A stretch of DNA of 64,000 nucleotides from the human T2T-CHM13v2.0 reference genome, Homo sapiens: assembly GCF_009914755.1 (NCBI RefSeq), contig NC_060940.1. One strand, given 5' to 3'. This document shows, in pieces, positions 1 through 12,223 of this stretch. Every line of letters begins with the position of its first letter. Positions within the stretch are counted from its first letter, which is position 1. Under the pieces are notes generated by a model. That model was given only the letters and a program-made list of their open reading frames with translations, searched no databases and was not told where the DNA came from. The position numbers and the translations under genes are program-made.

Positions 1-3000
1 TCCATTCGATGATTCCATTCGATTCCATTTGATGGTTCCATTCGAGTCCATTTAATCATTACAGTCGAGTCCATTTGGTGATTCCACTGGATTTCTTTTG
101 ATAATGATACCATTCAATTACATTTGATGATGATCCCATTCAATTTCATTTGATGATGATTCCATTAGAGTCCATTCGATGATTTCATTCGAGTCCCTTC
201 ATTGATTCCATCCGATTTCATTGGATGATGACTCCATTCGAGTCCATTCGATGATTCCACTCGATTCCATTAGATGACTCCATTGGAGTCCATTTGATTG
301 TTCCATTCGATTCCATTCGATTCCTTTCGAAGATTATTCCATTTGAGTCCATTCGATGATGATTCCATTCCATTCCATTCGATGATTCCGTTTGATTCCA
401 TTCGATGATTCCCTTCGATTCCTTTCTTTGATGATTCCATTCCATTCCATTCAATGATTCCATTCGAATCTATTCCATGATGATTCCTTTCGATTCCATT
501 CGCTGATGTTTCCGTTCAATTCCATTCGATGATGATTCCATTCGATTCCATTCATTGAGGATTCCATTTGATTCCATTCAATGATGATTCCATTCTATTC
601 CATTCAATGATTGCATTCAATTCCATTCAATGATTATCCCATTAGAGTAAACTCAACGATTCCATTCAATACCATTCGATGATGATTCCTTTTGAGTCCA
701 TTCAATGATTCCTTTTGAGTCCATTCAATGATTCCTTTCAATTCCATTCTATGATGATTCCATTCGAGTCCATTCGATGATTCCATTCGATTGCATTCGA
801 TGATTCCATTATATTCCATTCAACGGTGATTCCATTCGAGTCCATTCCATGATTCCATTAGAGTACATTTAATGATTGCTTTGTTTTCAATTCGAAGATG
901 ATTACATTGGATTCCATTCTATGATACCATTCGATTCCATTCAATGATGATTCCACTCAAATCCATTGGATGATTCCATTCGTGTCCATTCGGTGATTTC
1001 ATTAGATTCCATTCGAGGATGATTCCATTCGATTCCATTCGATGATTCCATTCAATTCCATTCGATGATGATTCCATTCCAGTCCATATGATCATTCCAT
1101 TTGATTTCATTCGATGATGATTCCATTCGATTCCATTCGACGATTCCATTCTATTCCATTCGATGATGATTCCATTCGAGTCCATTCGATCAATCCATTC
1201 GAGTCCATTTAATGATTCCATTGGGTTCAATTCAATGATGATTACTTTGGATTCCGTTCTATGATTCCATTCAATTCCGTTCATTGACAATTTGATTCCA
1301 TTCGATGATGATTTCATTTGAGTTCATTCGATGATTCTATTCGATTCTCTTCGATGGTGATTCAATTCTATTATATTGGATGATTCCATTCGATTCCATT
1401 TGATGTTGATTCAATTCGATTCTATTCGATGATGATTCCATTGGATTTCACTTGATGATTCTATTCGATTCCATTCAATGATGATTCACTTCTCGTCCAT
1501 TGGATGATTCCATTTCATTCCATTCGATGATGATTCCATTCGATTCCATTCGATGATTCCATTTGATTCCATGCGACGGTGAGCAATTCGATTCAATTCC
1601 ATGATGATTCTATTTGATTCAATTAGATGATGTTTCCATTCGAATCCATTCCATGATTATTCCATTGGAATCCATTCGGCGATGATTCCATATGAGTCAA
1701 TTCAATGATGATTCCATATGGGTCCGTTCGATGATAATTCCATTTGATTTCATTCGATGCTTCTATTCTATTCCAGTCGATGATGATTCCGTTGGAGTCC
1801 ATACGATGATTCCATTTGATTTCATTTGATGATGATTCCATTCGATGATGATTACATTGGATTCCATTCTATGATTCCATTCAATTCCATTCGTTGATGA
1901 TTCGATTCCATTCAATGATGATTCCATTTGAGTTCATTCGATGATTCTATTCGATTCCGTTCGATGGTGATTCAATTCTATTATATTGGATGATTCCACT
2001 CGATTCCATTTGATGATTATTCCATTGGAGTCCACTTAGTGAATCCTTTAGATTCTACTCGACGATGATTCCATTCGAGTCCATCGATGATACCATTCAA
2101 TTCCATTCGTTGATGCTTCCATTCAAGTGCATTCGATGATATCATTCGATTCCATTTGATGATAATTCCATTTGATTCCATGCGATGATTCTATTCGATT
2201 CCATTCAATGATAATTCCATTCAATTCAGTGATTCCTCTGGACTCCATTTGATGATGATTCCATTCAATGATTCCATTCGATTCTATTCGAAAATGATTC
2301 CATTTGAATCCATTTGATGATGATTCCATTAGATTCCATTTGATGATTCCATTCGATTCCATTCGACGATGATTCCATTCGATTCCGTTTGATGATTCCA
2401 TTCTATTCTATTCGATGATGATTCCATTCGATTCCATTCAATGATGATTGGATTCGATTCCATTTGATGATTTCATTTGATTCCATTCGTTAATGATTTC
2501 GATCAATTCCATTCGATGATTCCATTCGATTCCATTCGATAATGATTACATCCGAGTCCATTCGATGATTCCCTTTGAGCCTGTTCGATAATTCCATTTG
2601 AGTCCAACCAATGATTCCATTCATTTCCATTCAATGATTCCATTCGAGTCCATTTGATCATTCCGGTAGGGTCCATTCGATGTTGATTCCATTGGAGTGC
2701 ATTCGATGATTCCATTCGAGTCCATTTTAGGATTTGATTCGAGTCCTTTCGATGATTCCATTCGATTCCACTCGATGATGATTTCATTCGAGTCCATTCG
2801 ACACTTCCAATCGATTCCATTTGATGATTCCATTCGAGTCCAATTGATGATTCCATTCAATTCCATTCGATGATGATTCCGTACGATTCCATTCTGTGAT
2901 GATTCCATGTGATTGCATTCAATGATGATTCCTTTCGATTGCATTCGATTATGATTCATTTCGTGTTCATTCTATGGTTCCACAGGTTTCCATTCGTGTC

Positions 3001-6000
3001 CATTCCATTATTCCATTCTATTCCATTTGATGATGATTCCATTCGACTCCATTCATTGGTGATTCCACTCAATTCCATTCAATGATTCCATTCCATTTCT
3101 TTCAACAATGATTCCATTAGTTTCTAATCGATGATCCACTTGATTCCATTTGACGACGATTCCATTCTTGTCCATTCGATGATTCCATTTGATTCCATAT
3201 GATGATGATTCCATTCGATTCCATACCATGATGATTCCATTCGAGTCCATTCAATGGTGATTCCATTCAATTCCATTCGATGATTCCTTTCGATTCCATT
3301 CGATGATGATGGCATTCGATTCCTTTCAATCATTCCCTTTGATTCCATTCAAAGGTGATTTCATTCAAGTCCATTCGATAATTGCATTCGATTCCATTCT
3401 ATGATGATTCCATTCGAGTCCATTTGATGATTCCATTCAATTCAAGTCAATGATGATTCCATTCGATTCCATTCGATGATTCCATTGGATTCCATTCGAT
3501 GATGATTCCATTCAAATCCATTCGATAATTCAATTCAAGTCCATTCGATGATGATTCCAATCGAATCCATTCAAAGATTCCATTCAGTTCCATTCGATGA
3601 TTCCCTTAGATTCCATTCGATGATTCCACTTGATTGCATTTACGATGATTCCATTCGATTCCATGTGATGATTCCATTCAATTCTATTCAATGATGTCTC
3701 CATTTGATTCCATTCGACCATGATTGCCTTTGATTCCATTCAATGATTCCATTCGGTTCCGTTTGATGATGATTCCGTTCGATTCCATTTGATGATTCCA
3801 TTTGATTCCATTGGATGAGTCCATTAGATTACATTCGATGATTATTCCATTCGAGTGCATTAGATGATTCCATTCGAGTCCATTCGATGATTCCATTCGA
3901 TTCCATTCGATGTTGATTCTGTTCAAATCCATTCGATGATTCCACTCGATTCCATTCGTTGACTCCATTTGATCCCATTCGATGATTTCCTTTGATTCCC
4001 TTTGATGATCATTCCATTTGATTCAATTCGGTGATTTCATTTGATTCCATTCAGTGATGTTTCCATTCGACTCCATTCGATGATGATTCCATTCGACTCC
4101 ATTCGATTATGATTTCATTCAATTCCATTCGATAATGATTCCCTTCGAGTCCATTCGATGATTCCATTCGATTCCATTCAACGATGATTTGATTCGTGTC
4201 CATTCGATGATTCCATTTGATTCCACTTGATGATGATTCCATTCGAGTCCATTTGATGATTCCATTCAATTCCATACTCCGATGATTTCTTTTGAGCCCA
4301 CTCAATGCTTCCACTCGATTCCATATGATGATGACTCCATTCGATGAAATTCGATGATGATTCCATTCGCTTGCTTTCGATGATGATTCCACTTGAGTCC
4401 GTTAGAAGATTCTATTCAATTACATTCCATGACGATTCCGTTCGAGTCCATTTGATGATTCCATTAGACTCCATTCGACGATGATTCCATTCGATGTTAT
4501 TCGATGATTCCATTCGATCTCATTCGATGATGATTCCATTCAACTCCATTCGATGTTTCCATTCGAGTTCATTCTATTATTCCATTAGATTCCATTCGAT
4601 GATGATTCCATTCGATTCCATTTGATGATTGCATTCTATTTCATTTGATGATGATTCCATTCGAGTCCACTCGATGATTCCATTCGAGTCCATTTAATGA
4701 ATCCATTGGTTTCAATTCTATGATGATTACATTGGATTCCATTCGTTGATGATTTCATTCGGTTCCATTCAATGATGATTCCATTCAATTCCTTTCAATG
4801 TTTCCATTCAATTCCATACGATGATGATTCCATTTGATTTGATTCGACAGTGAGCCATTCGATTCAATTCCATGATGATTCTATTTGATTCAATTGGTTG
4901 ACATTTCCATTCGATTCCATTCGATGATGATTCCCTTTGATTCCGTTCAAAGATGATTCCATTCTAGCCCATTCAATCATTCCATTCGATTCTATTCAAT
5001 GATGATTCCATTCATGTCGATTTGGTGATTCCATTTGACTTCATTTGATGATGATTCCTTTCAAGTTCATCAGATGATTCCATTCGTTTCCATTTGATGA
5101 TGATCCCATTCGAGTCCATTCAGTGATTCCGTTCGTTTCCATTCCATGATGATTCCATTCCTTTCCATTCAATGATTCCATTCGATTCCGTTTGATGATG
5201 ATTTCATTCGAGTCCATTTGATGATTCCATTTGATTCCATTCGATGATGATTCCATTCGAGTCCATTCGATGATTCTATTCGAATCCATTTGATGATTTC
5301 TTTTGATTATATTTGGTGATGATTCCATTGGAGTCCATTCAATGATTCCATTCTATTCCAATCGATGATGATTCCATTAGAGTCCATTTAATGATTCCAT
5401 TTGATTCCAGTCTCTGATGATTACATTCGAGTCCATACGATGATTCCACTCAATTCCATATGATGATGATTCCATTTGATTCCATTCGGTGATTCCATTC
5501 TATTCTATTCAATGGTGATTCCATTCGAGTACATTAGATGATTCCATTCGATTCCATTCAATGATGATTCTATTTGTGTCCCTTAGATGATTCCACATGA
5601 TTCCATTAGATGATGATACTATTTGAGCCCATCCAATGATTCCCTTCGATTCCATTCGATGAGGATTCCATTCGATTCAATTCTTTGGTGATTCTATTCA
5701 ATTCAATTCTTTGATTCCATTCCATTCCATTCGACAATGATTCCATTCGATTTCTTTCGATGATTCCACTCGATTCCACTTGACATTGATTCCATTCGAT
5801 TCCATTCAATGATTCCATTTGATTCCAGTGGATGATGATTGCCATCGATTCCATTCGATCACTCCATTCTATTCCATTTGATGATGATTACATTCGATTC
5901 CATTTGATGATTCCATCTGATTCTATTCGAGGATTCCATTTGATTCCATTCGATGATGATTCCATTCGAGTCCATTCGATGATTTCATTCGAGTACATCC

Positions 6001-6111
6001 AATGATTCCATTCGAGTCCATTAGATGATTCCATTTGATTCCATTTGAAAACGATTCTACTAGAGTCCATTCAATGACTCCATTCGAGTCCATTCAACAA
6101 TTCCATTCGAC
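1..6111 (+). repeat. HOR copy 1 (6111 bp; 1-bp deletion near 2084)
   Basis: Phase arbitrarily set at window position 1. GAGTCCATCGATGATACC here versus GAGTCCATTCGATGATACC in other copies. Confidence 0.93.
1615..1625 (-). promoter_or_regulatory. DUX4-type double-homeodomain motif TAATTGAATCA, present at the same position in HOR copies 1-10
   Basis: + strand TGATTCAATTA is the reverse complement of a match to TAAYBBAATCA. DUX4 is known to bind and induce HSATII; occupancy of this particular site is not shown by sequence. Confidence 0.45.
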
Positions 6112-9100
6112 TCCATTCGATGATTCCATTCGATTCCATTTGATGGTTCCATTCGAGTCCATTTAATCATTACAGTCGAGTCCATTTGGTGATTCCACTG
6201 GATTTCTTTTGATAATGATACCATTCAATTACATTTGATGATGATCCCATTCAATTTCATTTGATGATGATTCCATTAGAGTCCATTCGATGATTTCATT
6301 CGAGTCCCTTCATTGATTCCATCCGATTTCATTGGATGATGACTCCATTCGAGTCCATTCGATGATTCCACTCGATTCCATTAGATGACTCCATTGGAGT
6401 CCATTTGATTGTTCCATTCGATTCTATTCGATTCCTTTCGAAGATTATTCCATTTGAGTCCATTCGATGATGATTCCATTCCATTCCATTCGATGATTCC
6501 GTTTGATTCCATTCGATGATTCCCTTCGATTCCTTTCTTTGATGATTCCATTCCATTCCATTCAATGATTCCATTCGAATCTATTCCATGATGATTCCTT
6601 TCGATTCCATTCGCTGATGTTTCCGTTCAATTCCATTCGATGATGATTCCATTCGATTCCATTCATTGAGGATTCCATTTGATTCCATTCAATGATGATT
6701 CCATTCTATTCCATTCAATGATTGCATTCAATTCCATTCAATGATTATCCCATTAGAGTAAACTCAACGATTCCATTCAATACCATTCGATGATGATTCC
6801 TTTTGAGTCCATTCAATGATTCCTTTTGAGTCCATTCAATGATTCCTTTCAATTCCATTCTATGATGATTCCATTCGAGTCCATTCGATGATTCCATTCG
6901 ATTGCATTCGATGATTCCATTATATTCCATTCAACGGTGATTCCATTCGAGTCCATTCCATGATTCCATTAGAGTACATTTAATGATTGCTTTGTTTTCA
7001 ATTCGAAGATGATTACATTGGATTCCATTCTATGATACCATTCGATTCCATTCAATGATGATTCCACTCAAATCCATTGGATGATTCCATTCGTGTCCAT
7101 TCGGTGATTTCATTAGATTCCATTCGAGGATGATTCCATTCGATTCCATTCGATGATTCCATTCAATTCCATTCGATGATGATTCCATTCCAGTCCATAT
7201 GATCATTCCATTTGATTTCATTCGATGATGATTCCATTCGATTCCTTTCGACGATTCCATTCTATTCCATTCGATGATGATTCCATTCGAGTCCATTCGA
7301 TGATTCCATTCGAGTCCATTTAATGATTCCATTGGGTTCAATTCAGTGATGATTACATTGGATTCCGTTCTATGATTCCATTCAATTCCGTTCATTGACA
7401 ATTTGATTCCATTCGATGATGATTCCATTTGAGTTCATTCGATGATTCTATTCGATTCTCTTCGATGGTGATTCAATTCTATTATATTGGATGATTCCAT
7501 TCGATTCCATTTGATGTTGATTCAATTCGATTCTATTCGATGATGATTCCATTGGATTTCACTTGATGATTCTATTCGATTCCATTCAATGATGATTCAC
7601 TTCTCGTCCATTGGATGATTCCATTTCATTCCATTCGATGATGATTCCATTCGATTCCATTCGATGATTCCATTTGATTCCATGCGACGGTGAGCAATTC
7701 GATTCAATTCCATGATGATTCTATTTGATTCAATTAGATGATGTTTCCATTCGAATCCATTCCATGATTATTCCATTGGAATCCATTCGGCGATGATTCC
7801 ATATGAGTCAATTCAATGATGATTCCATATGGGTCCGTTCGATGATAATTCCATTTGATTTCATTCGATGCTTCTATTCTATTCCAGTCGATGATGATTC
7901 CGTTGGAGTCCATACGATGATTCCATTTGATTTCATTTGATGATGATTCCATTCGATGATGATTACATTGGATTCCATTCTATGATTCCATTCAATTCCA
8001 TTCGTTGATGATTCGATTCCATTCAATGATGATTCCATTTGAGTTCATTCGATGATTCTATTCGATTCCGTTCGATGGTGATTCAATTCTATTATATTGG
8101 ATGATTCCACTCGATTCCATTTGATGATTATTCCATTGGAGTCCACTTAGTGAATCCTTTAGATTCTACTCGACGATGATTCCATTCGAGTCCATTCGAT
8201 GATACCATTCAATTCCATTCGTTGATGCTTCCATTCAAGTGCATTCGATGATATCATTCGATTCCATTTGATGATAATTCCATTTGATTCCATGCGATGA
8301 TTCTATTCGATTCCATTCAATGATAATTCCATTCAATTCAGTGATTCCTCTGGACTCCATTTGATGATGATTCCATTCAATGATTCCATTCGATTCTATT
8401 CGAAAATGATTCCATTTGAATCCATTTGATGATGATTCCATTAGATTCCATTTGATGATTCCATTCGATTCCATTCGACGATGATTCCATTCGATTCCGT
8501 TTGATGATTCCATTCTATTCTATTCGATGATGATTCCATTCGATTCCATTCGATGATGATTGGATTCGATTCCATTTGATGATTTCATTTGATTCCATTC
8601 GTTAATGATTTCGATCAATTCCATTCGATGATTCCATTCGATTCCATTCGAAAATGATTACATCCGAGTCCATTCGATGATTCCATTTGAGCCTGTTCGA
8701 TAATTCCATTTGAGTCCAACCAATGTTTCCATTCATTTCCATTCAATGATTCCATTCGAGTCCATTTGATCATTCCGGTAGGGTCCATTCGATGTTGATT
8801 CCATTGGAGTGCATTCGATGATTCCATTCGAGTCCATTTTAGGATTTGATTCGAGTCCTTTCGATGATTCCATTCGATTCCACTCGATGATGATTTCATT
8901 CGAGTCCATTTGACACTTCCAATCGATTCCATTTGATGATTCCATTCGAGTCCAATTGATGATTCCATTCAATTCCATTCGATGATGATTCCGTACGATT
9001 CCATTCTGTGATGATTCCATGTGATTGCATTCAATGATGATTCCTTTCGATTGCATTCGATTATGATTCATTTCGTGTTCATTCTATGGTTCCACAGGTT

Positions 9101-12100
9101 TCCATTCGTGTCCATTCCATTATTCCATTCTATTCCATTTGATGATGATTCCATTCGATTCTATTCATCGGTGATTCCACTCAATTCCATTCAATGATTC
9201 CATTCCATTTCTTTCAACAATGATTCCATTAGTTTCTAATCGATGATCCACTTGATTCCATTTGACGACGATTCCATTCTTGTCCATTCGATGATTCCAT
9301 TTGATTCCATATGATGATGATTCCATTCGATTCCATACCATGATGATTCCATTCGAGTCCATTCAATGGTGATTCCATTCAATTCCATTCGATGATTCCT
9401 TTCGATTCCATTCGATGATGATGGCATTCGATTCCTTTCAATCATTCCCTTTGATTCCATTCAAAGGTGATTTCATTCAAGTCCATTCGATAATTGCATT
9501 CGATTCCATTCTATGATGATTCCATTCGAGTCCATTTGATGATTCCATTCAATTCAAGTCAATGATGATTCCATTCAATTCCATTCGATGATTCCATTGG
9601 ATTCCATTCGATGATGATTCCATTCAAATCCATTCGATAATTCAATTCAAGTCCATTCGATGATGATTCCAATCGAATCCATTCAAAGATTCCATTCAGT
9701 TCCATTCGATGATTCCCTTAGATTCCATTCGATGATTCCACTTGATTGCATTTACGATGATTCCATTCGATTCCATGTGATGATTCCATTCAATTCTATT
9801 CAATGATGTCTCCATTTGATTCCATTCGACCATGATTGCCTTTGATTCCATTCAATGATTCCATTCGGTTCCGTTTGATGATGATTCCGTTCGATTCCAT
9901 TTGATGATTCCATTTGATTCCATTGGATGGGTCCATTCGATTACATTCGATGATTATTCCATTCGAGTGCATTAGATGATTCCATTCGAGTCCATTCGAT
10001 GATTCCATTCGATTCCATTCGATGCTGATTCTGTTCAAATCCATTCGATGATTCCACTCGATTCCATTCGTTGACTCCATTTGATCCCATTCGATGATTT
10101 CCTTTGATTCCCTTTGATGATCATTCCATTTGATTCAATTCAGTGATTTCATTTGATTCCATTCAGTGATGTTTCCATTCGACTCCATTCGATGATGATT
10201 CCATTCGACTCCATTCGATTATGATTTCATTCAATTCCATTCGATAATGATTCCCTTCGAGTCCATTCGATGATTCCATTCGATTCCATTCAACGATGAC
10301 TTGATTCGTGTCCATTCGATGATTCCATTTGATTCCACTTGATGATGATTCCATTCGAGTCCATTTGATGATTCCATTCAATTCCATACTCCGATGATTT
10401 CTTTTGAGCCCACTCAGTGCTTCCACTCGATTCCATATGATGATGACTCCATTCGATGAAATTCGATGATGATTCCATTCGCTTGCTTTCGATGATGATT
10501 CCACTTGAGTCCGTTAGAAGATTCTATTCAATTACATTCCATGACGATTCCGTTCGAGTCCATTTGATGATTCCATTAGACTCCATTCGACGATGATTCC
10601 ATTCGATGTTATTCGATGATTCCATTCGATCTCATTCGATGATGATTCCATTCAACTCCATTCGATGTTTCCATTCGAGTTCATTCTATTATTCCATTAG
10701 ATTCCATTCGATGATGATTCCATTCGATTCCATTTGATGATTGCATTCTATTTCATTTGATGATGATTCCATTCGAGTCCACTCGATGATTCCATTCGAG
10801 TCCATTTAATGAATCCATTGGTTTCAATTCTATGATGATTACATTGGATTCCATTCGTTGATGATTTCATTCGGTTCCATTCAATGATGATTCCATTCAA
10901 TTCCTTTCAATGTTTCCATTCAATTCCATACGATGATGATTCCATTTGATTTGATTCGACAGTGAGCCATTCGATTCAATTCCATGATGATTCTATTTGA
11001 TTCCATTGGTTGACATTTCCATTCGATTCCATTCGATGATGATTCCCTTTGATTCCGTTCAAAGATGATTCCATTCTAGCCCATTCAATCATTCCATTCG
11101 ATTCTATTCAATGATGATTCCATTCATGTCGATTTGGTGATTCCATTTGACTTCATTTGATGATGATTCCTTTCAAGTTCATTAGATGATTCCATTCGAT
11201 TCCATTTGATGATGATCCCATTCGAGTCCATTCAGTGATTCCATTCGTTTCCATTCCATGATGATTCCATTCCTTTCTATTCAATGATTCCATTCGATTC
11301 CGTTTGATGATGATTTCATTCGAGTCCATTTGATGATTCCATTTGATTCCATTCGATGATGATTCCATTCGAGTCCATTCGATGATTCTATTCGAATCCA
11401 TTTGATGATTTCTTTTGATTATATTTGGTGATGATTCCATTGGAGTCCATTCAATGATTCCATTCGATTCCAATCGATGATGATTCCATTAGAGTCCATT
11501 TAATGATTCCATTTGATTCCAGTCTCTGATGATTACATTCGAGTCCATACGATGATTCCACTCAATTCCATATGATGATGATTCCATTTGATTCCATTCG
11601 GTGATTCCATTCTATTCTATTCAATGGTGATTCCATTCGAGTACATTAGATGATTCCATTCGATTCCATTCAATGATGATTCTATTTGTGTCCCTTAGAT
11701 GATTCCACATGATTCCATTAGATGATGATACTATTTGAGCCCATCCAATGATTCCCTTCGATTCCATTCGATGAGGATTCCATTCGATTCAATTCATTGG
11801 TGATTCTATTCAATTCAATTCTTTGATTCCATTCCATTCCATTCGACAATGATTCCATTCGATTTCTTTCGATGATTCCACTCGATTCCACTTGACATTG
11901 ATTCCATTCGATTCCATTCAATGATTCCATTTGATTCCAGTGGATGATGATTGCCATCGATTCCATTCGATCACTCCATTCTATTCCATTTGATGATGAT
12001 TACATTCGATTCCATTTGATGATTCCATCTGATTCTATTCGAGGATTCCATTTGATTCCATTCGATGATGATTCCATTCGAGTCCATTCGATGATTTCAT

Positions 12101-12223
12101 TCGAGTACATCCAATGATTCCATTCGAGTCCATTAGATGATTCCATTTGATTCCATTTGAAAATGATTCTACTAGAGTCCATTCAATGACTCCATTCGAG
12201 TCCATTCAACAATTCCATTCGAC
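6112..12223 (+). repeat. HOR copy 2 (6112 bp)
   Basis: Colinear with copy 1; ORF offsets are 6111 before and 6112 after the copy-1 1-bp deletion. Confidence 0.93.

Noticed and set aside
2052-2664. Short palindromes (TCGA, CCGG and similar) as hairpins, terminators or ncRNA structure
   Set aside because: They are 4-6-bp palindromes inherent to the monomer or single variants; no extended inverted repeat is visible.
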